Source of the DNA: an uncultured Tropicimonas sp.
Lineage (GTDB): Bacteria > Pseudomonadota > Alphaproteobacteria > Rhodobacterales > Rhodobacteraceae
Assembly: GCA_947497945.1 (NCBI GenBank)
Contig: CANMIP010000024.1
Span: forward strand, 30,371-94,370
Length of the DNA: 64,000 bases
Direction: 5' to 3'
Under the pieces are notes generated by a model. The model saw nothing but the letters and a program-made list of their open reading frames with translations, was not told the origin of the DNA and did no database searches. The position numbers and the translations under genes are program-made. Below, in pieces: positions 19,088 to 27,866 of the stretch (its first letter is position 1; each line of letters starts with the position of its first letter).

Positions 19088-19534
19088 TCAGGCGTCGCGA
19101 TAGCATTGGCCGCGTGAGCGGACAGGCGCGGTAAGATCTGCCATCAGGTCTTCGGGCTCGATTGGAACGTCATAGCCATCGGGATGCACCGGCTTGGCCG
19201 ACAAACCCAGCAGCGCGCGGATGTCGGGGCGGCTGTAATAGCCCATATAGGCAAGCCTTTGCAGCAGCTTGAAGAATTCGGGCTGTTCGGTTTCGATCCG
19301 GACCACGGCATCGGCGGACCCGGCACCAATCTCGGCCGCTCGGGCCAGCCCCCTGGCGAAGGGCGCCTGCAGGGTCGGATCCTCGTCGAGAGCACGGACG
19401 ACGAACGCTGCGACACCGATGGATCCAGCGGCAGGAATCGAACCGTCATCACTGGATGGAATAAGCTGGTTCAGCAGGGCGTCGATCAGCGCACGCTCAT
19501 CGGCACTCCACAGTGAGGCAGCATGGTCTGCCAT
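19088..19534 (-). CDS. Gluconate 2-dehydrogenase subunit 3-family small subunit
   Basis: 148 aa. ERALIDALLNQLIPSSDDGSIPAAGSIGVAAFV resembles the small (gamma) subunit that partners GMC dehydrogenases. No twin-arginine leader is visible. 17 nt upstream of the GMC gene. Confidence 0.7.
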   Translation of the reverse strand: MADHAASLWSADERALIDALLNQLIPSSDDGSIPAAGSIGVAAFVVRALDEDPTLQAPFARGLARAAEIGAGSADAVVRIETEQPEFFKLLQRLAYMGYYSRPDIRALLGLSAKPVHPDGYDVPIEPEDLMADLTAPVRSRGQCYRDA

Positions 19535-19603
19535 GATGAAACCTCCTTGGTCCGAGCGGTTGCCGGCACCGCCGGCAACCGAAATAGTCAGGACTGGAAC
19601 AGG

Positions 19604-20836
19604 CTACCTGCCGCCATTCCCTCCGCCGCGAGACAGCGCGTCGATGGCCACGGCCAGAAGCAGGATTGCGCCGGAGAACATGAGCTTGTCGGCGGCGGAT
19701 GCGCCCGACAGGTCCAGCCCGTTGCCCAGCGATCCGATCACCAACGCGCCAAGGAGCGCGTTCCACACCGAGCCGCGTCCGCCAAAGAGCGACGTGCCAC
19801 CGATAACCGCTGCGCCGATGGCTTCCAGCAGCAGCGGCCCGCCGGCAAAGGCGTTGAACGAGACGGAGGCATAGCGGGAGGCGCCCACGATGCCGCCAAT
19901 GGCCGCCATCAGACCGACAATCCCGAAGGCCGCGACGCGGGTGCGTTGCACCGAGATTCCAACGCGGCGCGCCGATTCCTGGTTGCCACCTACGGCGAAC
20001 AGCATTCTTCCGAAGGGCGTCGAGGTTGTGACCCATCCCAGCAGGGCCGTCATGCCGATCAGCAGCACGACCAGCAGCGGCACACCGCGATAGGAATTGA
20101 GCGTCCAGACAGCCGCCAGGGCAAGGACGGCGAAGAAGGCAATCGACCCATAGAGTGCTGTCGGCGTGTCGAGTTCCAGCCCGATGGCGCGGCGGCGCGC
20201 CTGTCGGCGTAACGAGAACCAGGCAAAGACCGCCACAAAGACCACGGCGAGTGCCCATCCAAGCGCAGGCGGAAGCGCCACGGTGGTGATGCCACGCACG
20301 AACGGGTCGCGCATGTTGATCGCACCGTGGATGCCGAGGATCTTGAGCATAAGCCCCTGGAAGCCGAGATTGCCCGCAAGCGTCACAACGAAAGACGGAA
20401 TGCCGATATAGGCGATCAGCATGCCCTGCGTTGTGCCCATGACGATGCCCAGCACAATGGCGATCAGGCACGCCAACGGCCCCCACATACCGACATTGGT
20501 CACCAGAACTGCCATCAGAGCGGCGCAAACACCGGATGTTGCGGCTGCCGACAGGTCGATATCGCCCAGCAGGAGCACAACGGTGATGCCGACGGCGATC
20601 GTGCCCACCACGGCCGATTGCATGAACAGGTTGTAGAAGTTGCGCGGGCTGAGGAACACCGGCTCGGTGATGCCGAAATAAGCCCAGATACAGACCAGTG
20701 CCAGCAGCACCGGTCCGAACGCGCCAAAGCGGCTCTCGCGCATCATGACGAAGCGCTGGCCCCAGCTAATGGTCGATGCTTTCTTGATCTGCATCGCCTC
20801 TGTCTTGATTGCCTGGTCAGGCTGCATTTGGAGCAC
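19604..20836 (-). CDS. Sugar ABC transporter permease (XylH-like, CUT2)
   Basis: About 400 aa, multi-TM, with the GDIDLSAAA motif. The start is uncertain (20836, 20827 or 20794). Confidence 0.85.
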   Translation of the reverse strand: MLQMQPDQAIKTEAMQIKKASTISWGQRFVMMRESRFGAFGPVLLALVCIWAYFGITEPVFLSPRNFYNLFMQSAVVGTIAVGITVVLLLGDIDLSAAATSGVCAALMAVLVTNVGMWGPLACLIAIVLGIVMGTTQGMLIAYIGIPSFVVTLAGNLGFQGLMLKILGIHGAINMRDPFVRGITTVALPPALGWALAVVFVAVFAWFSLRRQARRRAIGLELDTPTALYGSIAFFAVLALAAVWTLNSYRGVPLLVVLLIGMTALLGWVTTSTPFGRMLFAVGGNQESARRVGISVQRTRVAAFGIVGLMAAIGGIVGASRYASVSFNAFAGGPLLLEAIGAAVIGGTSLFGGRGSVWNALLGALVIGSLGNGLDLSGASAADKLMFSGAILLLAVAIDALSRGGGNGGR

Positions 20837-21641
20837 CCTTGTCGATCCCGCGAGTCATCGCCACGACGATCTCGTCAGTGTTGGTTTGAGCCGTCTCGTA
20901 GACGGCCACGTTCCCGCCGTGGCGCAGCACGGTGATCCGGTCGGATATTTCGAAAACATCCGCCATGTTGTGGGAGATATAGACAATCGCATGGCCGGCA
21001 TCGCGCAGGTTCTTGACCGCCTGCAGCACTTGCTCGGTCTGCGCCACACCAAGCGCGGCGGTGGGCTCGTCCAGAAGCACAACGGTCGAATCCGCTCCGA
21101 CGGCACGGGCAATGGCAATCGCCTGACGTTGACCGCCCGAGAGACCGCCGACCTTGCCGCGTACCGATTGCAACGTGCGAACCTTCAGCCGGTCGATCGC
21201 AGCGAGCGCCTTTTTCTCCATGAGCAGGTCATCAAGCGGACGCAGGATGCGGGGAAGGAATCCCCACCCATCGTGAACCGGCTCGGAACCAAGATACATG
21301 TTGGCGGCCACGTCGAGATTCTCGCACAGCGCCAGATCCTGGTAGACGATCTGGATACCGTGATCGGCGGCGTCATAGGGGGTGTCGATCGTGACCGGTT
21401 GGTCGTCGAGAAAGAATTCACCCTCATCGCCGGAATAGGCCCCGGCGATGACCTTCATCAGGGTCGACTTCCCGGCACCATTGTCTCCCACCAGCGCCAT
21501 GACCTCACCTCGGCGCACTTCGAAGTCTACGCCACGCAGGGCCTCGACCCCGCCGAACCGCTTCTTCACACCCCGGCAAACGAGGTGCGGCGCGGTCGGT
21601 GGGGCTACGCGCCCCACCGTGGTTTCTGCTCGATCCGACAT
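20817..21641 (-). CDS. Sugar ABC transporter ATP-binding protein (single ABC domain)
   Basis: Start MSDRAETTV at 21641, 8 nt after the SBP stop. Walker A GDNGAGKST, signature LSGGQRQ, Walker B VVLLDEPTAALG. Confidence 0.88.
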   Translation of the reverse strand: MSDRAETTVGRVAPPTAPHLVCRGVKKRFGGVEALRGVDFEVRRGEVMALVGDNGAGKSTLMKVIAGAYSGDEGEFFLDDQPVTIDTPYDAADHGIQIVYQDLALCENLDVAANMYLGSEPVHDGWGFLPRILRPLDDLLMEKKALAAIDRLKVRTLQSVRGKVGGLSGGQRQAIAIARAVGADSTVVLLDEPTAALGVAQTEQVLQAVKNLRDAGHAIVYISHNMADVFEISDRITVLRHGGNVAVYETAQTNTDEIVVAMTRGIDKGAPNAA

Positions 21642-21648
21642 CGAAGCC

Positions 21649-22719
21649 TCAGTTCTTGCAGAACGGCGTTTCTGCGGCTTCACCCTGACAAACGGCTTCC
21701 TTGGAGACGGAAAGGTCGTTTTCGATCACGTAGGCGACGCCTTCTTCACCGACGGCCACGTAGTGGGCAACCGGAACGAACGGGATCTGTGCGCCGGCGG
21801 AGTTCTCGACGGTGCCCTGGGTCAGCGACGAGGGATCTTCGCCTTTCAACAGCGCGGCCGTCACCTGGGCGGTCACGTGGGCCATTTCACCGAACGGGCG
21901 CCAGACCGACTGGCTCTGTTGGCCGAGGAGGATGAGCTGGAGCGCCTGCACTGTGCAGTCGAGACCTGTGACCGGAACCTTGCCGTTCATGCCCTGCTCT
22001 TCCAGCGACGCGATTGCGGCACCGGCATTGCCGTCATTGGAGGACACGACGCCCTGCACATTGTTGTTGAGCTTGGTCAGCGCCTGGTCCATCGAGCGGC
22101 GTGCAATTGCCGGGTCCCAGCCCTGGGTCCAGTTCTCGTAACCAAGAACGCGCTCGCCGGAGTCGAAGAGCGGCTGCAGCACGGACATCTGACCAGCAGC
22201 GATCACACCGGCATTCGGGTCGGTTGGCGAGCCCTTGAGCAGCACGAGCGTGTCGCCCTTGGCGGTGTTGTCGACGACGTGTTGTGCCTGGCTGGCGCCG
22301 GTGGCAAACATGTCGGCCTGAACCCAGAAATCGGTATTGGCCGATTGCATCATACGGTCATACGCAATGGCGGGGACGCCGGCTTCTTCGGCGTTGTCCG
22401 CAATAATCGCGGCGGCTTCGCCGTCAATCGGGATCACGACGAGAACTTTCGCGCCCTTGGTCAGGGCCTGCTCGGCCTGACGCTGCTGGGTGGCGGTATC
22501 GTTATTGGCGTTGAAAACCTCGACTTTTGCGTCGGGGGCCAGTTCCTTCATGGCTTCCACAAAGAAATACGCGTCCTGGCTTTCCCAGCGTGCGTTCACG
22601 TTCTCGGGCAGCAGCATCGCCACCAGATCCTCGGCCATCGCCGTCGAAGCAAAACCGGTCGACAGGGCAAGGGTCGCGGCGCTTGCCGCCAGGGTTTTCA
22701 GTGTCTTGATCGAATGCAT
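21649..22719 (-). CDS. Sugar ABC transporter substrate-binding protein (XylF-like)
   Basis: Signal peptide MHSIKTLKTLAASAATLALSTGFASTAMAEDL. PBP type I profile (VAMLLPENVNARWESQD). 356 aa. Confidence 0.88.
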   Translation of the reverse strand: MHSIKTLKTLAASAATLALSTGFASTAMAEDLVAMLLPENVNARWESQDAYFFVEAMKELAPDAKVEVFNANNDTATQQRQAEQALTKGAKVLVVIPIDGEAAAIIADNAEEAGVPAIAYDRMMQSANTDFWVQADMFATGASQAQHVVDNTAKGDTLVLLKGSPTDPNAGVIAAGQMSVLQPLFDSGERVLGYENWTQGWDPAIARRSMDQALTKLNNNVQGVVSSNDGNAGAAIASLEEQGMNGKVPVTGLDCTVQALQLILLGQQSQSVWRPFGEMAHVTAQVTAALLKGEDPSSLTQGTVENSAGAQIPFVPVAHYVAVGEEGVAYVIENDLSVSKEAVCQGEAAETPFCKN

Positions 22720-22900
22720 CGTGGCTCCTCCAGATTGATGCGGTCAAGGCCGGAGACCTTTGTGGCGATGGTTGTGGCGCAGCCCTTCCGGCCGGACGAA
22801 AACGTCCGACACGCCGGCTGACCGACCATCAAAAAATCTTCCGATATCCTCCCATGGACAGCGCCAAGGTGCCGAACCTCCATTCGTCACAAGACACTGC

Positions 22901-22930
22901 TCATATGACTAATCAAAACATATGATGTTT
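22901..22930. promoter_or_regulatory. Candidate operator: TCATATGA, 7 bp, then AAACAT-ATG-ATGTTT
   Basis: The 15-mer at 22916-22930 is identical to that at 13383-13397. It lies about 200 bp upstream of the SBP start at 22719, in an AT-rich stretch. Confidence 0.55.
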
Positions 22931-23514
22931 AATCCGTCGAGTCATTTCTTTCGAAGTGATTTCCTGCAGGATTCCTCGCATGGGTATGGGAAGGGCTGGT
23001 TGACCTGTCCAGCGCCAGATCGACGAGCAATTCCTGGAACCGATGGTGCGGGCGGCACCGATGACCATTGTCGATGAATTGGGGCAGACAATGGGTCAGG
23101 TGATCTCTACGCATGCCAAGCGAGGTGGGATGCATTTGGCGCGGGGCGGGTCTGCCAAGCGCTGAAACGGGAAGCGCCGACCTTCATATGCAAGGCCGGA
23201 TTGTCCGCATAGCCGACCAACACGGTATGCGGACACCCCCAACTTTTTTCTTCGCTTCACCCCGACACGGCCAATCTTCTCTTCTGAATCGCGGTGAACA
23301 ATCCCTGCGGATGCACCGCCGCCACGCACGAGATGAGGAGACGAAAGCCATGGTCCGAGTCCCCAAACCACCTCTTGGAGAGATGTAAAAAAGCTTCAAT
23401 ATAACAATATCTTAAACGCAATTCTTCGGTTGCCCGAGAGTATTCGAGTTCGGCTCCTTTCCGGCTCAATCAGGATGAACCGACTTCCTGAACTCCTAAG
23501 ACCGGAGCTTCTGG

Positions 23515-23919
23515 ATGCCAATTCGCGCACAACTAATCGCCGTCAAGAAAAAAACGGCTGCCGCCATCTATTGCCCTGCCCGTCTGAGAACGTTGGTCGA
23601 GAGCCTTGAAGAAGGCCCCAGGCATGTGCTTGCAAAGTCGGAGAAAGCGCCGCGCTCCTATGACGCCGTAGAAAAGTCATTTCGTGCGTGGCGCGACACC
23701 TTGGCAGAGATCGCAGAAAAGCACGACGATGACGCAAGACACTATAGTCTCCACGGCCTTCGGAAGCGCGCCTGCGTTGAACTCGCCGAAGCCGGTTGAT
23801 CGGATGCAGAAATTCAGGCTGTAACGGGCCAAAGCCTCGAAACGGTCGCGAAGTATCGAAAGGAAGCGAACCAGAACGCGATGTCTCGCACAGCGCAGAT
23901 GCGGCGTTTCAAAGAGTGA
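23515..23919 (+). pseudogene. Tyrosine recombinase (phage-type integrase), C-terminal remnant with an in-frame TGA
   Basis: Reads ...HYSLHGLRKRACVELAEAG*SDAEIQAVTGQSLETVAKYRKEANQ...; HGLRK, LAEAG and the V.KY block are the catalytic-domain C-terminal motifs. The TGA at 23797-23799 sits where these integrases usually have Cys. Only about 130 codons remain. Adjacent to the tRNA-Leu 3' end. Confidence 0.7.
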
Positions 23920-24003
23920 CGTGGGAGTCGGCTGTGGGAACGCCGGAGGGCAAGAAGAAACCGGCCCCGCAGAACAGGGCCGGTTTTCTTTGCAATAGCA
24001 AGT

Positions 24004-24087
24004 TGGTACCCGAGGCCGGACTCGAACCGGCACGCCTTGCGGCGGGGGATTTTGAATCCCCTGCGTCTACCATTCCGCCACTCGGGC
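24004..24087 (-). tRNA. tRNA-Leu (anticodon CAA)
   Basis: The reverse complement GCCCGAGTGGCGGAATGGTAGACGCAGGGGATTCAAAATCCCCCGCCGCAAGGCGTGCCGGTTCGAGTCCGGCCTCGGGTACCA folds as a cloverleaf. Anticodon stem GGGGA/TCCCC, loop TTCAAAA, long variable arm, T-arm GCCGG-TTCGAGT-CCGGC, encoded CCA. Confidence 0.9.
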
Positions 24088-24149
24088 CACCGAAGTCTGA
24101 TCTACCGCCTGCGCGACGGCTCCACAAGTCGCCTTTGAGCAGAAAACGG

Positions 24150-25502
24150 TTAACCGATCATTGAAACCAGCCAGAGCGTGATCGGCGGAAAGGCGACGAG
24201 AAGGGCAACCCGGACGAGATCGGAAAGAATGAAGGGCGCAACGCCGGTATAGGTGCGCCCGATGCGGATATCGGGCGCGACCCCGTTGAGAATGAACAGA
24301 TTCATCCCCACAGGCGGCGTGATGAGCCCGACCTCCACCACGATCAGCGCCAGGATTCCGAACCAGATCGCAGTCTGCTCCGCGCTCATGCCGAAATCCA
24401 GCGCCTCGATCACCGGCAGGAAGATCGGCACCGTCAACAGGATCATGCTGAGGCTCTCCATCACGCAGCCGAAGACAAGATAACAGAGCAGCATCGCCGT
24501 CAGCACCAGCATCGGCGCCATCCCCTGTTCCAGCACCCAGCCGGCAAGCTGGTCCGGGGCGCGGGTCAGCGCAAGGAACCCCTTGAAGACCTCCGCGCCG
24601 AGCAGGATGAAAAAGATCATCGCCGTCGCCTTGGCGGTCTCAAGAAAGCTCTCCAACAGGCCGGAAAGGTTCAGTTTTCCACCGAAGAACCCGTAGAGTG
24701 TCGTTGCGACGGCGCCGAAGGCGGCGGCTTCATTGGGGGTGAAGAGCGCCTGGCTGCCCGGTTTCGCCCAGTTCCAGTCGCCGATGATCCCGCCGATGGT
24801 CAGGCCGAAAATCGCGAAGACGGGCCATGTTGCGGCGAGTGTCGACCAGCGCTCGGACCATGGTTTGCGCGGGCCCACCGGACCGGCCTCCGGATAGAGG
24901 CGGACATAGAGCGCGACCGTTACCATGTAGCCAAGCGCGGCCAGCAGGCCCGGGACCAGGGCGGCCATGAACATCTTGACGATATTCTGCTCGGCGAGGA
25001 TGGCGTAGAGAACGAGGATGATCGAAGGCGGGATGAGGATGCCCAGCGTGCCGCCTGCGGCAAGCACACCGGTGGAGAGCGCATCCGAATAGCCGCGCTT
25101 GCGCATTTCCGGCAGGGCCACCTGCCCCATGGTCGACGCCGTGGCCAGCGAGGAGCCGCAGATGGCGCCGAACCCCGCACAGGCGCCGACAGCGGCCATT
25201 GCAACCCCGCCGCGCTTGTGGCCGAGCCAGTCGGAGGCCGCCCGGAACAGCGCCGCCGACATGCCGGTGCGCGTCGCCACCTGCCCCATCAGCAGGAAGA
25301 GCGGGATGATCGCGAGACCCTGGTTGGAGAAGGTCTCGTAGGCCAGCGTCTTCATCTGCGCCATCGGGCCGGCCGGCGAGCCGATCACATACCATGTGCC
25401 GAAGAAACCGGTCAGCCCCATCGCCAGCGCGATGGGCACGCGCAGGAAGACGCCCAGCAGCATGAGCCCGAAGGCCGTAAGTGCCAGCGACAGTCCGGTC
25501 AT
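24150..25502 (-). CDS. dctM: TRAP transporter large permease subunit
   Basis: 450 aa, highly hydrophobic. DctM-type N-terminus (LALTAFGLMLLGVFLRVPIALAMGLTG). 4-nt overlap with dctQ. Confidence 0.9.
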   Translation of the reverse strand: MTGLSLALTAFGLMLLGVFLRVPIALAMGLTGFFGTWYVIGSPAGPMAQMKTLAYETFSNQGLAIIPLFLLMGQVATRTGMSAALFRAASDWLGHKRGGVAMAAVGACAGFGAICGSSLATASTMGQVALPEMRKRGYSDALSTGVLAAGGTLGILIPPSIILVLYAILAEQNIVKMFMAALVPGLLAALGYMVTVALYVRLYPEAGPVGPRKPWSERWSTLAATWPVFAIFGLTIGGIIGDWNWAKPGSQALFTPNEAAAFGAVATTLYGFFGGKLNLSGLLESFLETAKATAMIFFILLGAEVFKGFLALTRAPDQLAGWVLEQGMAPMLVLTAMLLCYLVFGCVMESLSMILLTVPIFLPVIEALDFGMSAEQTAIWFGILALIVVEVGLITPPVGMNLFILNGVAPDIRIGRTYTGVAPFILSDLVRVALLVAFPPITLWLVSMIG

Positions 25503-26077
25503 GGCGTCCCCTCCTGACCGTCCCGCACCCAGCGGAGCGCCCGCGACACGGTGTAGAGCCCGACCAGAACCATCATCGCCGCGCCGAGCAGCGCCGTGGC
25601 GTAGAGGATCCAGACCGGGATCTGCAATTCATAAGTCGTCTCGGGGTAGAACGGCTTGTAACCCATGCCAAGAACGGCCCGCAACCCGTCGGAACCATAA
25701 GGAAATTTCTCGCCAAAACCGAACCAGAGCTGGCGCAGGATAACCATGGAAGCGAGGGTGATCAGCAGGTCCCCCATCAGCCCGAACAGCGCCTGCACAC
25801 GCGGCGGAAAGCGGTCGGTCAGGATGTCGACCGTGACATGGCCGCGTTTGAGTTGGCACCAGGGCAGGAAGAAGAACACCGCGATTGCGCAGCCATTGGC
25901 GACCATCTCGTAATCGCCGCGCAAGGCCGAGAGACCAAACCCATCCAGGGCCCGTCCAAGAATGGACAGGACTGTCATCACCGACAAGGCCAGGAGAAGT
26001 GCGCCGCCAAGCCAGGCCAGCGCCCGTGCGCCGGCCTCGACGAAGCGGCCGAAACGGCCGGCCGCCTTCTGTATCAC
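25499..26077 (-). CDS. dctQ: TRAP transporter small permease subunit
   Basis: Four hydrophobic segments and DctQ-like length. I place the start at GTG 26077, one base after the monooxygenase stop. The ATG alternatives at 26113 and 26143 would overlap the upstream gene. Confidence 0.8.
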   Translation of the reverse strand: MIQKAAGRFGRFVEAGARALAWLGGALLLALSVMTVLSILGRALDGFGLSALRGDYEMVANGCAIAVFFFLPWCQLKRGHVTVDILTDRFPPRVQALFGLMGDLLITLASMVILRQLWFGFGEKFPYGSDGLRAVLGMGYKPFYPETTYELQIPVWILYATALLGAAMMVLVGLYTVSRALRWVRDGQEGTP

Positions 26078-26078
26078 G

Positions 26079-27368
26079 TCAGTCCCCGAGTTTGCCCTGG
26101 TAGGGACGCGCATCGCTCGCGCCGATGATGGAGGACTGGGCATTGATCGCTTCGACCGTCAGCCCGGTCGCCTCTTTGTAGGTGTCGGAGAAGACGCGGC
26201 GCGCCTCGACCGGCATCACGGCATCGATATCGTCGAACCCGTCCGGCGCAAGCTCGGCCACCGCGTCGAGCACCGCATCCGGCCCCTGGCCGCGATTGGC
26301 CTGGATGATCGCGTTGACGGGCTCACGACGCTCGTCGTCGTAATCCTGCAGCGCCAGCGAGGTCTCGCCGTGATCACGCATCGACCGGGCCATGACGCGT
26401 GCATCGAGGATGCCCTGCGAGGCGCCGTTGGAGCCAATCGGGTACATTGGGTGGGCGCTATCGCCCAGCAGCGCTATGCGGCCTTCATTCCAGGCCGGCA
26501 TCGGGTCGCGGTCGACCATCGGCCATTCCCAGACATCGGTGGTGCCACCGATCAGCGCCGGGATGTCGAGCCAGTCGAAACGCCAGTCCTCGAAGCTCGG
26601 CAGAACGTCGTCGATCGACCCCTTGCGCGACCAGTCCTGGGTCTCGTAATCGCGCTCCGGCGATTTCGGCATTTCCGCGATCCAGTGCACGAAACTCTGG
26701 GTTTTTCCTCTCTGGCCAATAGGATAGGCGACGAACTTCATGCCCTTCGTGCCGGAAATCGTCATCGTGCGGCCGCCTAGGAAAATCGGCGCACGCGCCA
26801 CCCCGCGCCACATCATCGAAGTGCGCGGCTTCGCGGTCCCGACATCGGGAAAGACCTTCTCGCGGATCGAGGAACGCGCGCCGTCGGAGGCGACGAGGAG
26901 CGATCCGCGCAGGCGGTCCAGCTCGTAGCCATATTGCCGGTCGGTCAGCACGACCTCCAGCCCGCGCGGCGTCTCGAACCATTCGGAGACCTTGGCTCCG
27001 GCGAGGATCGCCTTGGGACCGCAGCGCTCCAGCAGGGTCTCGTGCAGCATCATCTGCAACGCGCCACGGTGGATCGAGATCTGCGGGAACTTGTAGCCGG
27101 CTTCCAGCCCGCGCGGCTCCGACCAGACCTCCTGGCCCTGGTTGTTGAAATAGCTGGTTCGCTCGGTGAGGATGCCGATCGTCTCGAGCTTCTCCTTCAG
27201 GCCGAGATCATAGAGTTCCCGTACGGCATGCGGCTGCAGGTTGATGCCGAAGCCCAGCGGGCGCAGCTCGGCAATTGCCTCGATGATACGGAAGGGAACG
27301 CCCACCTGGTGAAGCGAGAGACCAAGGGAAAGGCCGGCGACACCGGCACCGGCGATCAGGACAGTCAT
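26079..27368 (-). CDS. FAD-dependent aromatic-ring monooxygenase family protein
   Basis: True start MTVLIAGAGVAGLSLGLSL (GxGxxG) at ATG 27368 with an AAGGAGG RBS. DG motif (LLVASDGARS) and GD motif (IALLGDSAHPMYPIGSNGASQ). The 713-aa ORF extension is non-genic. Confidence 0.85.
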   Translation of the reverse strand: MTVLIAGAGVAGLSLGLSLHQVGVPFRIIEAIAELRPLGFGINLQPHAVRELYDLGLKEKLETIGILTERTSYFNNQGQEVWSEPRGLEAGYKFPQISIHRGALQMMLHETLLERCGPKAILAGAKVSEWFETPRGLEVVLTDRQYGYELDRLRGSLLVASDGARSSIREKVFPDVGTAKPRTSMMWRGVARAPIFLGGRTMTISGTKGMKFVAYPIGQRGKTQSFVHWIAEMPKSPERDYETQDWSRKGSIDDVLPSFEDWRFDWLDIPALIGGTTDVWEWPMVDRDPMPAWNEGRIALLGDSAHPMYPIGSNGASQGILDARVMARSMRDHGETSLALQDYDDERREPVNAIIQANRGQGPDAVLDAVAELAPDGFDDIDAVMPVEARRVFSDTYKEATGLTVEAINAQSSIIGASDARPYQGKLGD

Positions 27369-27866
27369 CGAAGAAACCTCCTTTAGGAATGGCGAGCCGC
27401 GGCGCCCACCCGGTTTGGCTCTCCTATGCGCCGTTAGCGCCGTAAAATGCAACCGGCGAATGGGCCGCAAGCCGGAATGCACCCGCCGCAAGAAGGGCCC
27501 TGGCACGCGGAACGGGGCGATGGACGGCCCCCGTTTCAAAGCCGTGCGCCGGGTGCGACCGAAGCGTAAAAGCGAGGTGCGGACCATATCACGTCCGTCC
27601 CTCCCGGAACAGGTCGCCCCCTGCCTGCCCCCCCGACCCGGACCATGGCCATTGCCATATGTCGGCGCTTTTCTTGCGCAGCTGCGCATGGACCGCCAGT
27701 GTCCCGGGCAGTCCGCTCCGGAAACGGCCAGGCAGCAAAAAGAAGCCCTTCCTATATCGCATTTCCTGCTTTTTGGGCCAGATCGCTCTTGTTTTCGAAC
27801 CGCGTTGGTTCCATCTGACTTCGGAAGACTCGCACAGGCGCGCGGGCACGCAGAAGAAGCGAATAG

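Noticed and set aside
22741-22760. Possible distal att repeat of the tRNA-Leu 3' end (AGGCCGGA)
   Set aside because: Only 8 bp match, which is expected by chance in GC-rich DNA. It is not sufficient to delimit an island.
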